Source: Calditrichia bacterium (GTDB lineage: Bacteria; Calditrichota; Calditrichia; JAJRVZ01). Taken from it: a stretch of DNA of 64,000 nt. The stretch is taken from positions 448,001 to 512,000 of the forward strand of contig CAVZSQ010000013.1 of the NCBI GenBank assembly GCA_963777955.1, given 5' to 3'. Position numbers and translations under genes: made by a program. Below the pieces are notes generated by a model that was not told the DNA's origin, made no database searches, and saw nothing but the letters and a program-made list of their open reading frames with translations. This document shows positions 54,801 through 63,452 of this stretch, one piece after another (position 1 is the first letter of the stretch; the number at the start of each line of letters is the position of its first letter).

Positions 54801-57340
54801 CCGGCGTCTCTATAACATTCGCACTGCTGCCGATTAATTCCACCACCGTGCTGTTATCGCTGCTCACTAAATTGTTATTGCCGTCATAGGCACGTACCAC
54901 TACGTTTATATTCACCCCGGCCAGCGCACTGTATACCGCCGGCGTCACCGTGTAGTACGATATGCCTCCCGCTGTTCCCGTCACCGTGAACACTATACTA
55001 TCCGCAGGACTGCTCACTATCACCGCCGCCACCAGGTTCGCACCCGCTACCGCTCCGGTCGTTAACGTCGCCTCCGCTATGCCATTGGCACCGCTGCTCA
55101 CCGTGCGCACTCCCAAACCACCTAAATTTCCGCCGCCGCTTATTACCCGGTATCTGATACTCTCATTATTCACTACATTACCATACGCATCCGTCACCAA
55201 TGAACGCAGTAACTGATCCGTTCCGGCCACCACGCTCACTCCGCTACCGCTCGATACCGACAGGTTCGTCGCCGCATTCGAACTGACCGTCACTACCCCG
55301 CTAACCCCCTGCTTGGCGTGATCTGACTGGCTCCAGCCGGTCAGCGTAAAACTCTCCGCGGTATTGTCATATACCTGAAACGTCGCTACTCCCGCCGTTA
55401 AACTCTGACTCGCCGGCGTCTCTATAACATTGGCACTGCTGCCGATTAATTCCACCACCGTGCTGTTATCGCTGCTCACTAAATTGTTATTGCCGTCATA
55501 GGCACGTACCACTACGTTTATATTCACCCCGGCCAGCGCACTGTATACCGCCGGCGTCACCGTGTAGTACGATATGCCTCCCGGTATCCCCGTTATCGTA
55601 AAACGAAATGAGTCAGACGGGCTGCTGACCAGGATAGCGGTAACCTGGTTCGTACCGGCCGTGGAGCCGGTAGTGAATGTCGCTTCTGCCAAACCATTGA
55701 CATTGGTGATCTTAAAAACGTTGGATGCTCCCTCCAGGTTTCCATTCCCGCTGCGTACAATGAAATTGACAGTTTGGCTGCTTTTAGCGTTACCGAAAGT
55801 ATCCGTAACGGCGACCCGTAAAAGTTGATTTGTACCTGCAATGACAGAACCATTACCGCTCTGGTACAAAAGGGTATCAGCGCCGCCGGCAGCGACTGTT
55901 ACCAGCGCGCTGGTTCCGCTGACCGAGGTATTATATTTACTGCGGGCTGTAAAAGTAAGATTTTCCGCTGCAGAATCTGCAAAAGTAAAACTGGCTACTC
56001 CTGCGCTAAGATTATCTTCCGTCGCACTGAGACGTACGCGGGATCCGGTAGTTAAAAATTCAACGGTTGTGGTATCATCCCAGCTGACCAGGTTATCTCC
56101 GGCATCATAGGCACTGACCGTGACAGACACATTTGTTCCCGCTGTTGTACTCAGCACCGCCGGGACAACAGTATAATAAGCGATCAACTCCGGTAAAACG
56201 GTTACGCTGTATCCGCCATTAGTAGTGTTGACCGCAGAACTGGTACCGATAGCAGCGTCGATAGTGGATGTGAAATTACCTGAGCCGGTCTGCGCTGAAC
56301 CATTTTCCAGAAAAGTAACTACCACGGAATCTTTGATAGCAAAATATGATGTCTTAATTACCAGACTATCACCGGTGGGATAGTACCACCACGAGGCAAA
56401 TTGCGGCGCGGTCGGCCGGCTTTGACTGCGTTGAATAAAATAACTGGAACCGTCAATATTAACGGATACTACAGAAATGGATTCATCCGTAAAAGGGTTG
56501 TTAATCACCACATGATCGGCTTTACCCATATTCGAAGTCGAGGAAGAAATACTGGTAATTCTGTATACATATTCATTGGAAGATGATGCCCGCAGTACCG
56601 TATCCGGGTTTATACTCGCTGTCGCGGAATTTACATCGTCGCCATACCAGATGATAGACATGGAATCCAGAACAGCCGGTGTGTCATTATTGGCGAATTG
56701 CAGACCTATCGTACCATCACTGTTTTCTGTTCCAATCGTGGCTGCCCCGAGTGAATCGTCCATTGCGGCCAGATAGTTGAAAACAAATTCATTGGTGGAT
56801 TCAGATAAAATTATTTGAAAATAATATGAACCGGCCTGAGTGATGTCAACACAGAAGTCGTTCCATTGAACGATAAACTTGCGGTAAGGAGCAGTACCGA
56901 TCGTTTGATAATAAACGTCAGAAAACGCAGTCTCCGCTGCGGAATCTTATTGCACTCCAGCCAGCTGCCATGATATTATTAGGTACATTAACATTTGGAA
57001 CGCCGTCATCATTCTGGTCCTCATAACTGGTGGCGATAGAAGTGAAATCGATGAATCCACCTGTACTGATCCACACCTGAGAATAATCTGTGCCATAATA
57101 ATTAAAGTTAAAACCGATCGATATGGGGCCCCTGAAGTCATCCGAGACTACAAAATCTGCCTGTGATCCCGCCAGCACATCTTGCCAGGTGAAAGGTATT
57201 GTAGCACCACTGGCCAGCGAGGTTTTCCAGCGGTAACCATAACTATCCGGGCCTCCGCTGGGCGATGTAGCCAGTTGGGCAATTGCAGCAGTACTGAGTG
57301 AAAGTACTATCAGAATTGATAATATCTTCGCAAGTTTCAT
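39836..57340 (-). CDS. Giant (~5,800 aa) secreted Ig-repeat surface protein/adhesin with nidogen-like N-terminal domain, Big_1-like repeats and FlgD-Ig/T9SS-like C-terminal domain; fragmented into ORFs 56918-57340, 50821-56763, 42582-50789, 40895-42691, 40243-40554 and smaller pieces
   Basis: Signal peptide; GPISIGFNFNYYG...VYYQTIGTAPYRKFIVQW; VTDAYGN/VADSLGNPV Big_1-like motifs; C-terminal NYPNPF...WDGKNDRGKTVLNDVY...TKIAYLK*; each junction examined is repaired by deleting one base. Confidence 0.8.
52237..55582 (-). repeat. About 5.5 near-identical tandem copies of a 612-bp (204-aa, two Ig-like domains) unit within the giant protein gene
   Basis: Identical antisense ORFs at 52514, 53126, 53738, 54350 and 54962 (612-bp period); degenerate extra copy at about 55583-56190. 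Confidence 0.97.
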
Positions 57341-57352
57341 AGTTATATCTCA

Positions 57353-57877
57353 CTACTTGTTAAGCGTTATTATATTTCCCCTGCCGGTCACGGTTGCTGC
57401 AAAAACGCCATTGGGCAGCAGGGTTTCGACCATAACCGAATTTTGCTGGTTTGCTTCGGAAATTTGTTTTTCATTTAAATTCAACTGTATTTCCAGCGTC
57501 AGAGCATAAGGATCTGTATAGACAAAAGGATATACCCGCAGGGTGCCGGTGGAGTCCGTATAATTCCAGGCCAGCACATTATCGCGGGCAGCATTTTCCA
57601 TCGACTGGATCAGCCAGAGTGCCTCTCCGGATTTTTCCGCGTAGAGCAGGGTAAGTTTCCCCGGAATACCTTCCAACCGTATATCGATATTTTCTACAGT
57701 GGTTACGCCGGTGGTATTAATACGCAGGCGTAATGATTGCGGTTCTGGATTGGACTGGAGATCTGTAGTCAGAACTTCATATTCAACCAGAGCTGTGGAC
57801 GGAATCTGATTTTGTGCAGGTAGGACATTGTATAAAAACAAAAAAATTATCCCTACGAATAATACTCTGGACGACAT
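57353..57877 (-). CDS. Small secreted beta-rich hypothetical protein, first gene of the adhesin operon
   Basis: Sec-type signal peptide, GGAG RBS upstream, 12 bp from the giant gene start. Confidence 0.7.
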   Translation of the reverse strand: MSSRVLFVGIIFLFLYNVLPAQNQIPSTALVEYEVLTTDLQSNPEPQSLRLRINTTGVTTVENIDIRLEGIPGKLTLLYAEKSGEALWLIQSMENAARDNVLAWNYTDSTGTLRVYPFVYTDPYALTLEIQLNLNEKQISEANQQNSVMVETLLPNGVFAATVTGRGNIITLNK

Positions 57878-57992
57878 TATGTTGTACTCCTTATTTTTAT
57901 AAAAAATACAATACTTGATAAAGCAATTTTACATATTCGTGTCATCGTAGTGGTGATAAAAAGCACATTTCACAGTCAGGATTATTTACTGA

Positions 57993-58019
57993 GATTCGGC
58001 ATTGTTTTCATTAAGTTTA
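57993..58019 (-). promoter_or_regulatory. Candidate sigma28 (FliA/SigD)-type promoter of the adhesin operon
   Basis: Minus strand TAAA-N15-GCCGAATC versus consensus TAAA-N15-GCCGATAA. Confidence 0.45.
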
Positions 58020-58091
58020 ACGAATATTTCACTTAAAAAACAGAAGCGAAAGAAAAAACCACCTTTTTACAGGTTTTTAGGAGGGTGATGT

Positions 58092-59240
58092 TTATTTTAA
58101 TATGGCACGGAGCAGGATCAGGAATTCTTTCCCGTCATTTTCAACCAGTTTTTTATTTTTTATAGCTTTATCAAAATCAGGATTGATTTCCAGTGCCCGG
58201 TTAAATTCATTCAGCGCCTGCAGAAACAGATTCCGGCATTGAATAAGATGGACTACCCCCAGATTATTCCACAGATCGGCATATTCGGCATTCTGCTCGA
58301 TGGCGGATTTCAAGCGGTACTCGTAACGCTTAATAGTTTCCATATCGAGTCCCTTACCGCCGTACATAAATTTTAAATAAAAATTGGTAGAAATAAGATT
58401 GCTGACATCTTTCAGGAAAATTCTTTTGCGGTTTTCTTCCAGTAACTGAATAATCTGTTCGACTTTATTCTGATTGACCAGTTTCAGGGCTTTATCATAA
58501 ACCACATCGAATATTTTTATATTTTTATCCTTTAACTGATCAAGATGCTCCATCGCCCGTTGAATACGGATGGAAGGGGGGGGCAGAAAATGGTTATCAT
58601 TGGAGTTTAAAGTACTGCGCAGATACAGCGAGGCAATATTATAATGTGCCTCCAGATAATTTTTATTCTGTTTGATCGCTTTCTTGAACTCGCGCAGAGC
58701 CGCCTCATACTGATTATCCATCATCAGGGCAAACCCGTAATTATTCAACATATCCGTGAAATGTTCCCCTTTCAGCATACCCTGGCGCAGGATCTCTACA
58801 GCCTTGGTATGATTTCCTGACTGAGTATAAGCCTGGCCGAGGTTATTATATCCCTCCAGGTTATGCGGATTGATTTCAATAGCCAGTTGAAAATGCTTGA
58901 TGGCATCTTCGGCCAGATTATTCTGCAGGAATAAAATCCCGATTTTATTGTGTGAACTGCAATGCCTGATCTGCATAACTTTTTCTGAAATTTTGAACAA
59001 GAGATCAACTTCATTGATCATCTCATTATGCATCGATTCGACAATAACTTTCAGGCGGTCTTCCACCGAATCACGGCGATCACCTTTACGTCTTTCAAAA
59101 TCTACCGTGGTAGCCGTAATTACACGTCCGTCTTCATACACTTCACAACGGATTTTCCCCTTGCTGGAGTTGGTGGAAGTTTGAAAGTGGAATTTTCGTC
59201 CGAACACTTCCAGATTATCATTAAATCCTATCTCTGACAT
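58092..59240 (-). CDS. Cytoplasmic TPR-repeat protein with uncharacterised N-terminal domain
   Basis: TPR motifs (AIKHFQLAIEINPHNLEGYNNLG, YADLWNNLG, ALNEFNRALEINPDF); no signal peptide. Confidence 0.85.
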   Translation of the reverse strand: MSEIGFNDNLEVFGRKFHFQTSTNSSKGKIRCEVYEDGRVITATTVDFERRKGDRRDSVEDRLKVIVESMHNEMINEVDLLFKISEKVMQIRHCSSHNKIGILFLQNNLAEDAIKHFQLAIEINPHNLEGYNNLGQAYTQSGNHTKAVEILRQGMLKGEHFTDMLNNYGFALMMDNQYEAALREFKKAIKQNKNYLEAHYNIASLYLRSTLNSNDNHFLPPPSIRIQRAMEHLDQLKDKNIKIFDVVYDKALKLVNQNKVEQIIQLLEENRKRIFLKDVSNLISTNFYLKFMYGGKGLDMETIKRYEYRLKSAIEQNAEYADLWNNLGVVHLIQCRNLFLQALNEFNRALEINPDFDKAIKNKKLVENDGKEFLILLRAILK

Positions 59241-59303
59241 GCTCTGTTATCCTAAAATTCGAATTTGAACCTTTTATGGTATACGGATACTATTTATGAT
59301 TCC

Positions 59304-60971
59304 CTACTGGGTTATCACTCGGGTAATTTCTTTCTGCAAGTCAACATCCCGACGGGCCGAATTCAGATACAAGCGCATTTGATTGCGGCCCATATTCTTG
59401 GCTTCATACAGAGCCTGATCGGCGCGCTGAATCAATTCATCCGGATTACGGGCGTCATCCGGAAAAGTCGCACCGCCCAGGCTGACGGTCAGTTTACCAT
59501 CAGGTTGTACTCGTTCTTTATAAAACACATGACTTTCAATTTTCTGTCGCAGACGTTCGCCCAGAATCTCCATGCTGCTTTTCGAGATCCCCGGCAGGAT
59601 AATGCAGAATTCTTCCCCGCCGTACCGGGAGACAATATCTTCATCACGTACGGCTGCTTTTAAAACTTTACCCAGGCTGCGCAGGGCCTCATCTCCGGCC
59701 TGGTGTCCCAGGGTATCATTATAATTTTTAAAATGATCAATATCAATAATCAGCAGGGACACCTTGGATTTATTACGGCGACCCCGGTTTAATTCTTCCT
59801 TTAAGCGGATCGAGAAATAACGGTAATTATGCAAATTAGTCATCGCATCGGTCAGGGATAAGTTTTTAACTTCTTCATAATGCAGGGCATTCTCGATCGA
59901 GATGGAAATAATGTTTATCAGTACATGAAATAATTCGTAATCACTCTGGGAAAATGAATGCCCGTATAATTTCTCACCGATTCCGATAATCCCCTGCAGA
60001 CGTCCCTGGATAAGGATAGGAGCAATCAGGTATAAACCAATTCTTTTAAGTTTTTTGGTATAGGCGTTCAGCACATATTCTTTTTCTAAATCTTCGACAA
60101 ACAGAGGGGTTCCCCTTTTTAGCAGATATTTGGCTATGGGTGTTTCAATCTTAAATTTAAGAATTTCCACATCCCGTTCTTTGAACCCTTTCTGAAAATT
60201 ATGACTGAAAGTATGCGTGCCGGCTTCATACATCAAGGCCAGCGCATTCTGGATACCCAGTTGGCCGATTATGGTCAGCAAGGCAGAGTTAATCAACTGT
60301 TTAAAATTTAAGATGGAATAGATCTCATTGCTGGCTTCGACCAGGTTGTGCAGATCATATACTTTTCGTTTTACTGCTTTTTCCGCAATCTGCAGCGAGT
60401 TTGCGCTCTCCAGCAGGGATTTATGCAGAATCGCGATTTGTTCCTTTAAACCTGCTCTGGCCACTGATTCCTGATGGGACTTGAGCAAACGGGAAATAAT
60501 GAGATAAAAAAGGTTATAATAATTCGCACGGTACTTTTTATTTGCAATTCTTAAAATATAATAAAATTCGTCCTGTAACTGAAAATAAAGAAATTCACTC
60601 TGGAACTCATTCTCCGGATTGGATTTTTCGGCTCCGTCATAAATACCCAGCTGATTCGTGAAAATATCATTAAAATGCCGGATAAAATAACCTGACTTTT
60701 TCAGATGCAGCGGTTTTTTCGCCAGCAGGTCCAGCCAATGCTCCGGAGTATCTTTGCGGACACCGTATAGATCAAGGCTGAGCGATGTGAATTTTGAAAT
60801 CTTTTCGAAGGCCCGGATCAGATGAATATTCAGATCAATGTTAGAGATCACATTTTGATCCGGCAGAGCCAGATAAGTATCGCTGAGAATAAAATCGTTA
60901 AATAGATGCGCCTGCTGATTCAGCAAGGGCAGGAAATCAAAACGTAGAATTTTTTTAAAAATACTTTTCAT
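59304..60971 (-). CDS. GAF-domain diguanylate cyclase
   Basis: TDAMTNLHN, DIDHFKNYNDTLGHQAGD, intact A-site GGEEF with RxxD I-site (RDED), upstream GAF (LIAPILIQGRLQGII). Confidence 0.92.
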   Translation of the reverse strand: MKSIFKKILRFDFLPLLNQQAHLFNDFILSDTYLALPDQNVISNIDLNIHLIRAFEKISKFTSLSLDLYGVRKDTPEHWLDLLAKKPLHLKKSGYFIRHFNDIFTNQLGIYDGAEKSNPENEFQSEFLYFQLQDEFYYILRIANKKYRANYYNLFYLIISRLLKSHQESVARAGLKEQIAILHKSLLESANSLQIAEKAVKRKVYDLHNLVEASNEIYSILNFKQLINSALLTIIGQLGIQNALALMYEAGTHTFSHNFQKGFKERDVEILKFKIETPIAKYLLKRGTPLFVEDLEKEYVLNAYTKKLKRIGLYLIAPILIQGRLQGIIGIGEKLYGHSFSQSDYELFHVLINIISISIENALHYEEVKNLSLTDAMTNLHNYRYFSIRLKEELNRGRRNKSKVSLLIIDIDHFKNYNDTLGHQAGDEALRSLGKVLKAAVRDEDIVSRYGGEEFCIILPGISKSSMEILGERLRQKIESHVFYKERVQPDGKLTVSLGGATFPDDARNPDELIQRADQALYEAKNMGRNQMRLYLNSARRDVDLQKEITRVITQ

Positions 60972-61160
60972 CCAGGCTATGTTATTCCGTTTAGGTAATG
61001 TCCTGCCTCTGGCCCACGCTCGAAGATTTTCTTCGGACTAATCTGCGGTATCAATTGAATTGATACAAATATATTTAAATGTATATCACTGTCCTAAATA
61101 TACTACCAAAATCAGTCCAGTTAAAGTACAAACTCGTAGTCCTTACAATACACTCATTTA

Positions 61161-61188
61161 GTATCGGCATTTAAAAACAGTAAGATTA
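61161..61188 (-). promoter_or_regulatory. Candidate sigma28-type promoter upstream of the diguanylate cyclase
   Basis: Minus strand TAAT-N16-GCCGATAC; shares TTAAWCTTA...AATGCCGA with the motif at 57993-58020. Confidence 0.4.
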
Positions 61189-61273
61189 ATAATTTAATTT
61201 AACTTTCGGCAGGCAGTGATATTTTAAAGAATTGAATTTACGTGTCTTCGCTGCGGAAAACCGGACACGATTG

Positions 61274-62563
61274 TCAATTAAAAGTAACGTGGTATACCAC
61301 CGGGATTTCTTTTCTCAGTTTTTCCATCCATTTAACATATTCCAGTTCAATTTTATGATTAAGAGCAATTTGTTGTATTTGATCCCAATCGTTTTCCAGG
61401 GTGAGCTGCCGCGGTTCTTTCCGCCAGTTCAGCCTGAGGATATGATAACCGTAATCCGTTTTAAATGGCGTACTTACTTCGCCGGGGGTCAATTTATCTA
61501 TAATTTCCTTAAAAGCCGGGATTGCCAGTTTGTCAGTTTCCCAGTCACCCAGATTCCCTTTGTCTTTTTCAACATTCTCATCCTCTGAATACAGCACCGC
61601 CAGGCTATCAAAACTGGCACCGGCTAAAATTTCCTGCCGGAGCGTATTCAGGAAATCGACAACTTTTTGCGCATCTTCGACTCCCGGGCGAACCTGTAAC
61701 AGAATATGACTTGTACGGATTTGCTCACCGCGACGTTCATTCAGTTTGATAATATGAAATCCGAATTGAGTTTGTACGATATCGGATATCTGGCCGACGC
61801 TCAGGGCGAACGCTGCTTCTTCAAATTCTTTAACAAAATCACCCCGTTTGGTGAATCCCAGGTCTCCGTCTCTTTTCGCCGTGGCCGGATCTTCAGAATA
61901 TTCTTTGGCCAGTTCTGCGAAGTTACCCCCTTCGTCCAATTTTCTTTTAATCTCGCGCATTCTGACCAGCGCTGCCTGTGTGCTGCTTTCTCCCGGTTTA
62001 ACCTGCCTGAGAATATGGCTGATATTGACTGTTTCCTTCAGAACCGGCAGGCTGTCGCGATACGATTGATAAAATTTTTCTATTTCCCGGCGTGAAACCT
62101 TGACTTCCTGGAATTTCGTACGCCGCAGCATTTCGATTTTCATGCGCTCAATGGTTTCCTTGCGCAAATCCTTGCGGATCTTGCGCATGGGACTTTGAAA
62201 AGATTCTTCTAATTTACCTTCGGAACCGACCTGCTGGATCAGATAAGCGATATGTTCCTCAACCCTCTTGTCAACATCCCGGTCATCCACTTTAACAGTA
62301 TCTTCGTCTGCTTTGGCCAGCATAATTTTTTGTTCGATCATTTTCTCCAATACCTGTTTTTGCAGATCCTGCAGGAGTTTTATATCGCCGCGAATGTTCA
62401 ACTTATTCTGCAGCGCATAATTCTGCACAAATTGTTCAATTTCCGATCTTAAAATTATCTCCTGGCCGACCGTAGCAGCGATCCCTTCGATCGTTTGCTG
62501 GGCCAAACCGCTGCTGCTGAATAACATAAGCAGACCGAGAAGCCTGTAGATTAGTCGTGTCAT
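61274..62563 (-). CDS. surA: SurA-like periplasmic chaperone/parvulin PPIase
   Basis: Signal peptide, SurA N-domain (IAATVGQEIILRSEI), two rotamase domains (FAELAKEYSEDP...GDLGF...TQFGFHIIK; TDYGYHILR). Confidence 0.8.
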   Translation of the reverse strand: MTRLIYRLLGLLMLFSSSGLAQQTIEGIAATVGQEIILRSEIEQFVQNYALQNKLNIRGDIKLLQDLQKQVLEKMIEQKIMLAKADEDTVKVDDRDVDKRVEEHIAYLIQQVGSEGKLEESFQSPMRKIRKDLRKETIERMKIEMLRRTKFQEVKVSRREIEKFYQSYRDSLPVLKETVNISHILRQVKPGESSTQAALVRMREIKRKLDEGGNFAELAKEYSEDPATAKRDGDLGFTKRGDFVKEFEEAAFALSVGQISDIVQTQFGFHIIKLNERRGEQIRTSHILLQVRPGVEDAQKVVDFLNTLRQEILAGASFDSLAVLYSEDENVEKDKGNLGDWETDKLAIPAFKEIIDKLTPGEVSTPFKTDYGYHILRLNWRKEPRQLTLENDWDQIQQIALNHKIELEYVKWMEKLRKEIPVVYHVTFN

Positions 62564-62573
62564 GTTCGAATCA

Positions 62574-63443
62574 TTACTCCTGTTGATTTAATTTGCTGAG
62601 ATCGGTTTGGATGGTAAATTTGGGCTGAAGATTTTGTTTTAGTTTTTCTATCTCTTTCAACCGCTGCTCGATTTTTAAGCGCATCACGATCTCAGCTTTG
62701 ACTACTTCCAGCTCCTGCTGAGCGCCTGCGGGCTGGAGATCGATAACCTGGATATAGTGATACCCATAGTCCGTTTTAATCGGTCCGCGGATGGCGCCGG
62801 TTGGAGCCTGTTTGATGGTCTGGACTAAACGCGGCGGCAATTCGCTTAATTTTATATAACCCAGGTCACCAATCGGCCGCCAGGCACTTGACTGCTGGTC
62901 CATGAAGTTGTTTTTAATGACCTCAATTAAATTTACGCTCTTGCTGATTTCTTCCTTGATAGTCTGATCATCGGTATCCAGGATAAGATGAATCAGATGT
63001 GCGTACTCATCCTGCCACACGAATTCCCGGCGGTGTTGATTATAATAATTCTCGATTTCCTGATCCAGCGGCCGGTAATTCAGATTTACATATTTATCCA
63101 GGTATTTTCCAACCAGCAGGCTGCGGCGGTAATTCTCAACCTGTTGTACTTCATCATCACTTAAAGATATACCTTCGTTCATGGCCGTCTGATAGAATAT
63201 TTCGTCTTCAATCCATTTTTCCACCAATTTGCGCTTGAGTGCGGCCGCAACCTCAACCGTGACAGTTTGTGGTATGGCTATTTCCAAATCCCTGGTCGTC
63301 ATCCGGGCCAGATTGACCTGGGCAACAACATCAGCCTTCATTTGTTCTTTTTTTGAACAGGAGATAAAGCCGCAGGTGGCTAGCCCCAGTGCCAGCGCTA
63401 GCACCGCCGCTAAAAATATTTTTATTGGTATTTTTATCCGCAT
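62574..63443 (-). CDS. Parvulin-type peptidylprolyl isomerase, probable lipoprotein
   Basis: FISC lipobox-like site, VVAQVN, GDLGYI, PIKTDYGYHYIQV. Confidence 0.75.
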   Translation of the reverse strand: MRIKIPIKIFLAAVLALALGLATCGFISCSKKEQMKADVVAQVNLARMTTRDLEIAIPQTVTVEVAAALKRKLVEKWIEDEIFYQTAMNEGISLSDDEVQQVENYRRSLLVGKYLDKYVNLNYRPLDQEIENYYNQHRREFVWQDEYAHLIHLILDTDDQTIKEEISKSVNLIEVIKNNFMDQQSSAWRPIGDLGYIKLSELPPRLVQTIKQAPTGAIRGPIKTDYGYHYIQVIDLQPAGAQQELEVVKAEIVMRLKIEQRLKEIEKLKQNLQPKFTIQTDLSKLNQQE

Positions 63444-63452
63444 GTCGAACTT

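Noticed and set aside
52514..55828. Six 84-aa plus-strand ORFs at 612-bp spacing, and a possible CRISPR or DGR reading of the repeats
   Set aside because: They are antisense shadows of the coding repeat. There are no short repeat-spacer units, no adenine-specific variation pattern, and no cas or reverse transcriptase gene in the window
57878..58091. c-di-GMP riboswitch upstream of the adhesin operon
   Set aside because: No GEMM-like GGCAAA/GNRA-receptor pattern visible by eye here or at 60972-61273; an Infernal/Rfam scan would be decisive
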